Shown here one piece after another: positions 62,321 to 64,000 of a DNA stretch of 64,000 nt. The notes below the pieces were generated by a model. The model was not told where the DNA came from. It saw only the letters and a program-made list of their open reading frames with translations, and made no database searches. This DNA is from Cyanophora paradoxa CCMP329 (lineage: Eukaryota; Plantae; Glaucophyta), in assembly GCA_004431415.1 (NCBI GenBank), contig QPMI01000637.1:1-64000 (forward strand), written 5' to 3'. The translations under genes were made by a program, and so were the position numbers. Every line of letters begins with the position of its first letter. Position 1 is the first letter of the stretch.

Positions 62321-63200
62321 GTGATTGGTTGGGTTTTGAGCCGTGTACCCCCGCAGGCCGAGGAGGAGCTCGCTGCGAGCGGCCTCCCCTACACGATCAT
62401 ACGGCCCGGGTTCGACCCCCCCGCCCCCCCTTCTCCTTCTCCCGACCGATCGGGGCACAGCGCTAGCGGCCTGCGGGGCGAGCCCGGGGGGCTACGGGAG
62501 ATGGTCCTCGAGCGCGGAGACGCCCTCCCCACGTGCGCCCCCGCCCGTACCCCCTTACCACTCCTTCCCTCAACATGTTCGGTACCCCCCAGCGACTCGA
62601 TCTCCCGCATGGACGTCGCCGAGCTCGCGGTCGAGTGCGCCGTCGCGCGGTACCCCTCCCTCGACTTCGCCGTGCGCTCGTCGCTGTACCTCCCCTCCAT
62701 TCTGGGCCTCCCTGAGGCTAACCGGGCGGCGCCGGCAGTGCCTGAACGGGCCGGGCCTCGCCGCGGGGTACGCGGAGGGGCTGGAGGAGGAGGAGGGGGA
62801 GGACGGGGAGGAGGGGTACGAGCCCGGGCCGAGCCCCGTGGCGGAGCCGCTGGCGCGCCTCGCGGGGGCGGCCCCCTAGCGAGGCTCGGAGCCCGTCCGC
62901 CGTCACCTCATCGCCGCTGCTTGCAACTTGCAACGCAGCTCTTAAACTATAATCCGTTTTTGGTTTTGCGAAACTGCACTTTTCATGATCAATTACATGC
63001 CACAATAAGGTCGATCTAAATTGCAGTCACTGAATGCCACAATTGCATGTTCGACGGCAGATTCAAAGCAATAGCCACGAGAACAATTAAACTAGAAATG
63101 CCTGTGTAACTAGAAATGTATACGTAAGAACTATAGGTAGAATAAACTACGGCCCGGCCAGCGACAGGGGGCTTCGAATTTGAGCTCGAGGCTCCGAGGC
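62321..63200 (+). pseudogene. 5'-truncated duplicate of the last exons and 3' flank of the Rossmann-fold gene (copy B)
   Basis: Near-identical to 52855-53798, including introns. It starts inside an intron and lacks the GATGGVG N-terminus. It has small indels, such as a shorter Glu run. Confidence 0.85.
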
Positions 63201-64000
63201 GCGGACCCGCGCGAACTAGACGCGCGCGAAAACGGGTTCACAGGAATTCGAAGCTAGAAAGAAATCGCGAATTCGGTGATGCGGCCCGGCGGGTCTGAGC
63301 AGAAAATCGAAACAGGGTTCCGGGTCTGAGCATGCGCATGCATATGCGGCAAACATTTCCTAGAGCCGGCAATACTCCGGATGCAAGAAATACTACAAAT
63401 AGCACTTGAGCTAGACCCTCGGGCCTCGGATCAAAGCTAAGGGCTGAAAAATTGGAAGTCCAAGACTCCAGCCACTGGCACCGAACTTGGGTTGGGAAAG
63501 ATTTTTCTACCGAAGCTCGAATCATGATCTACTTGAGAAGTCATGATCATGATCAGGACCGGACCGGAGATGCACGTGCACGTATGCCGCGACGCGACGG
63601 AAGTATCCAAAGCTTAAGCGGGGTAGAAAATTTAGAACTGGTAAGCTAGCGGGAGGATCGATATTTCGAGAGCGGTATGAGCAGAAATGTACAAATTTGG
63701 AATGGCAGCGAAAAACCAAGCCAATTGAAATATTGCAAGTCTTGTGTATAGCTACTAGTACCAATGCGTATACTGCCGAAGCAAAAAAGGAAGAGGAGGG
63801 GCACATGGCCCGCCCGGACCCGTGGCCGGGCCGGGAAGGGCGCGCGGGCCGACTATGGTACAGTGTTCAGGACGAACTGAACAAGGTGCAGCTCGAGCTG
63901 GGGAGCGGGCTACCAGCCGGTGCCGGAGAGGCGCCCCTCGGGGAAGACGACGAGGGCGTCGGGCTCGGGCTCCTCCCCCCGCCGCCCCGGCCCCGCCGCC

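Noticed and set aside
63230-64000. Possible gene start or TE remnant at the right edge (open frame ..WYSVQDELNKVQLELG..)
   Set aside because: It is too short and truncated, and I recognise no motif to support a call.

Overview
This is GC-rich, intron-dense eukaryotic nuclear DNA from an alga or protist. A glaucophyte such as Cyanophora is my inference, from a nuclear, intron-split ycf46, an MAFV-type transit-peptide ORF, tiny exons and frequent GC-AG introns. Most long six-frame ORFs are GC-shadow or exon+intron read-through, so I rebuilt the genes by splicing manually. Genes in order: ycf46 AAA ATPase (5'-truncated); a patatin phospholipase that appears to splice in frame into a full-size ABCG/PDR transporter; a secreted protein with three near-identical unknown domains and Pro-rich linkers; a membrane dCache-sensor class I cyclic-nucleotide phosphodiesterase; a small membrane protein with a PYQG-rich tail; an IQ-motif coiled-coil protein; a type II ferlin; a PKA catalytic subunit; a beta-helix protein; an RI-type LRR protein; a TIC62-like NAD(P)-binding protein; and an NLR-like DUF4062-NACHT-TPR gene. 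The TPR array of the last gene is built from 18 consecutive phase-0 exons of exactly 126 nt, and the gene lies between ~0.9 kb direct repeats. Non-genic features include a hAT-type MITE with an 8-bp TSD, a CACTA-like terminus, a 381-bp higher-order tandem repeat and palindrome-rich intergenic DNA.
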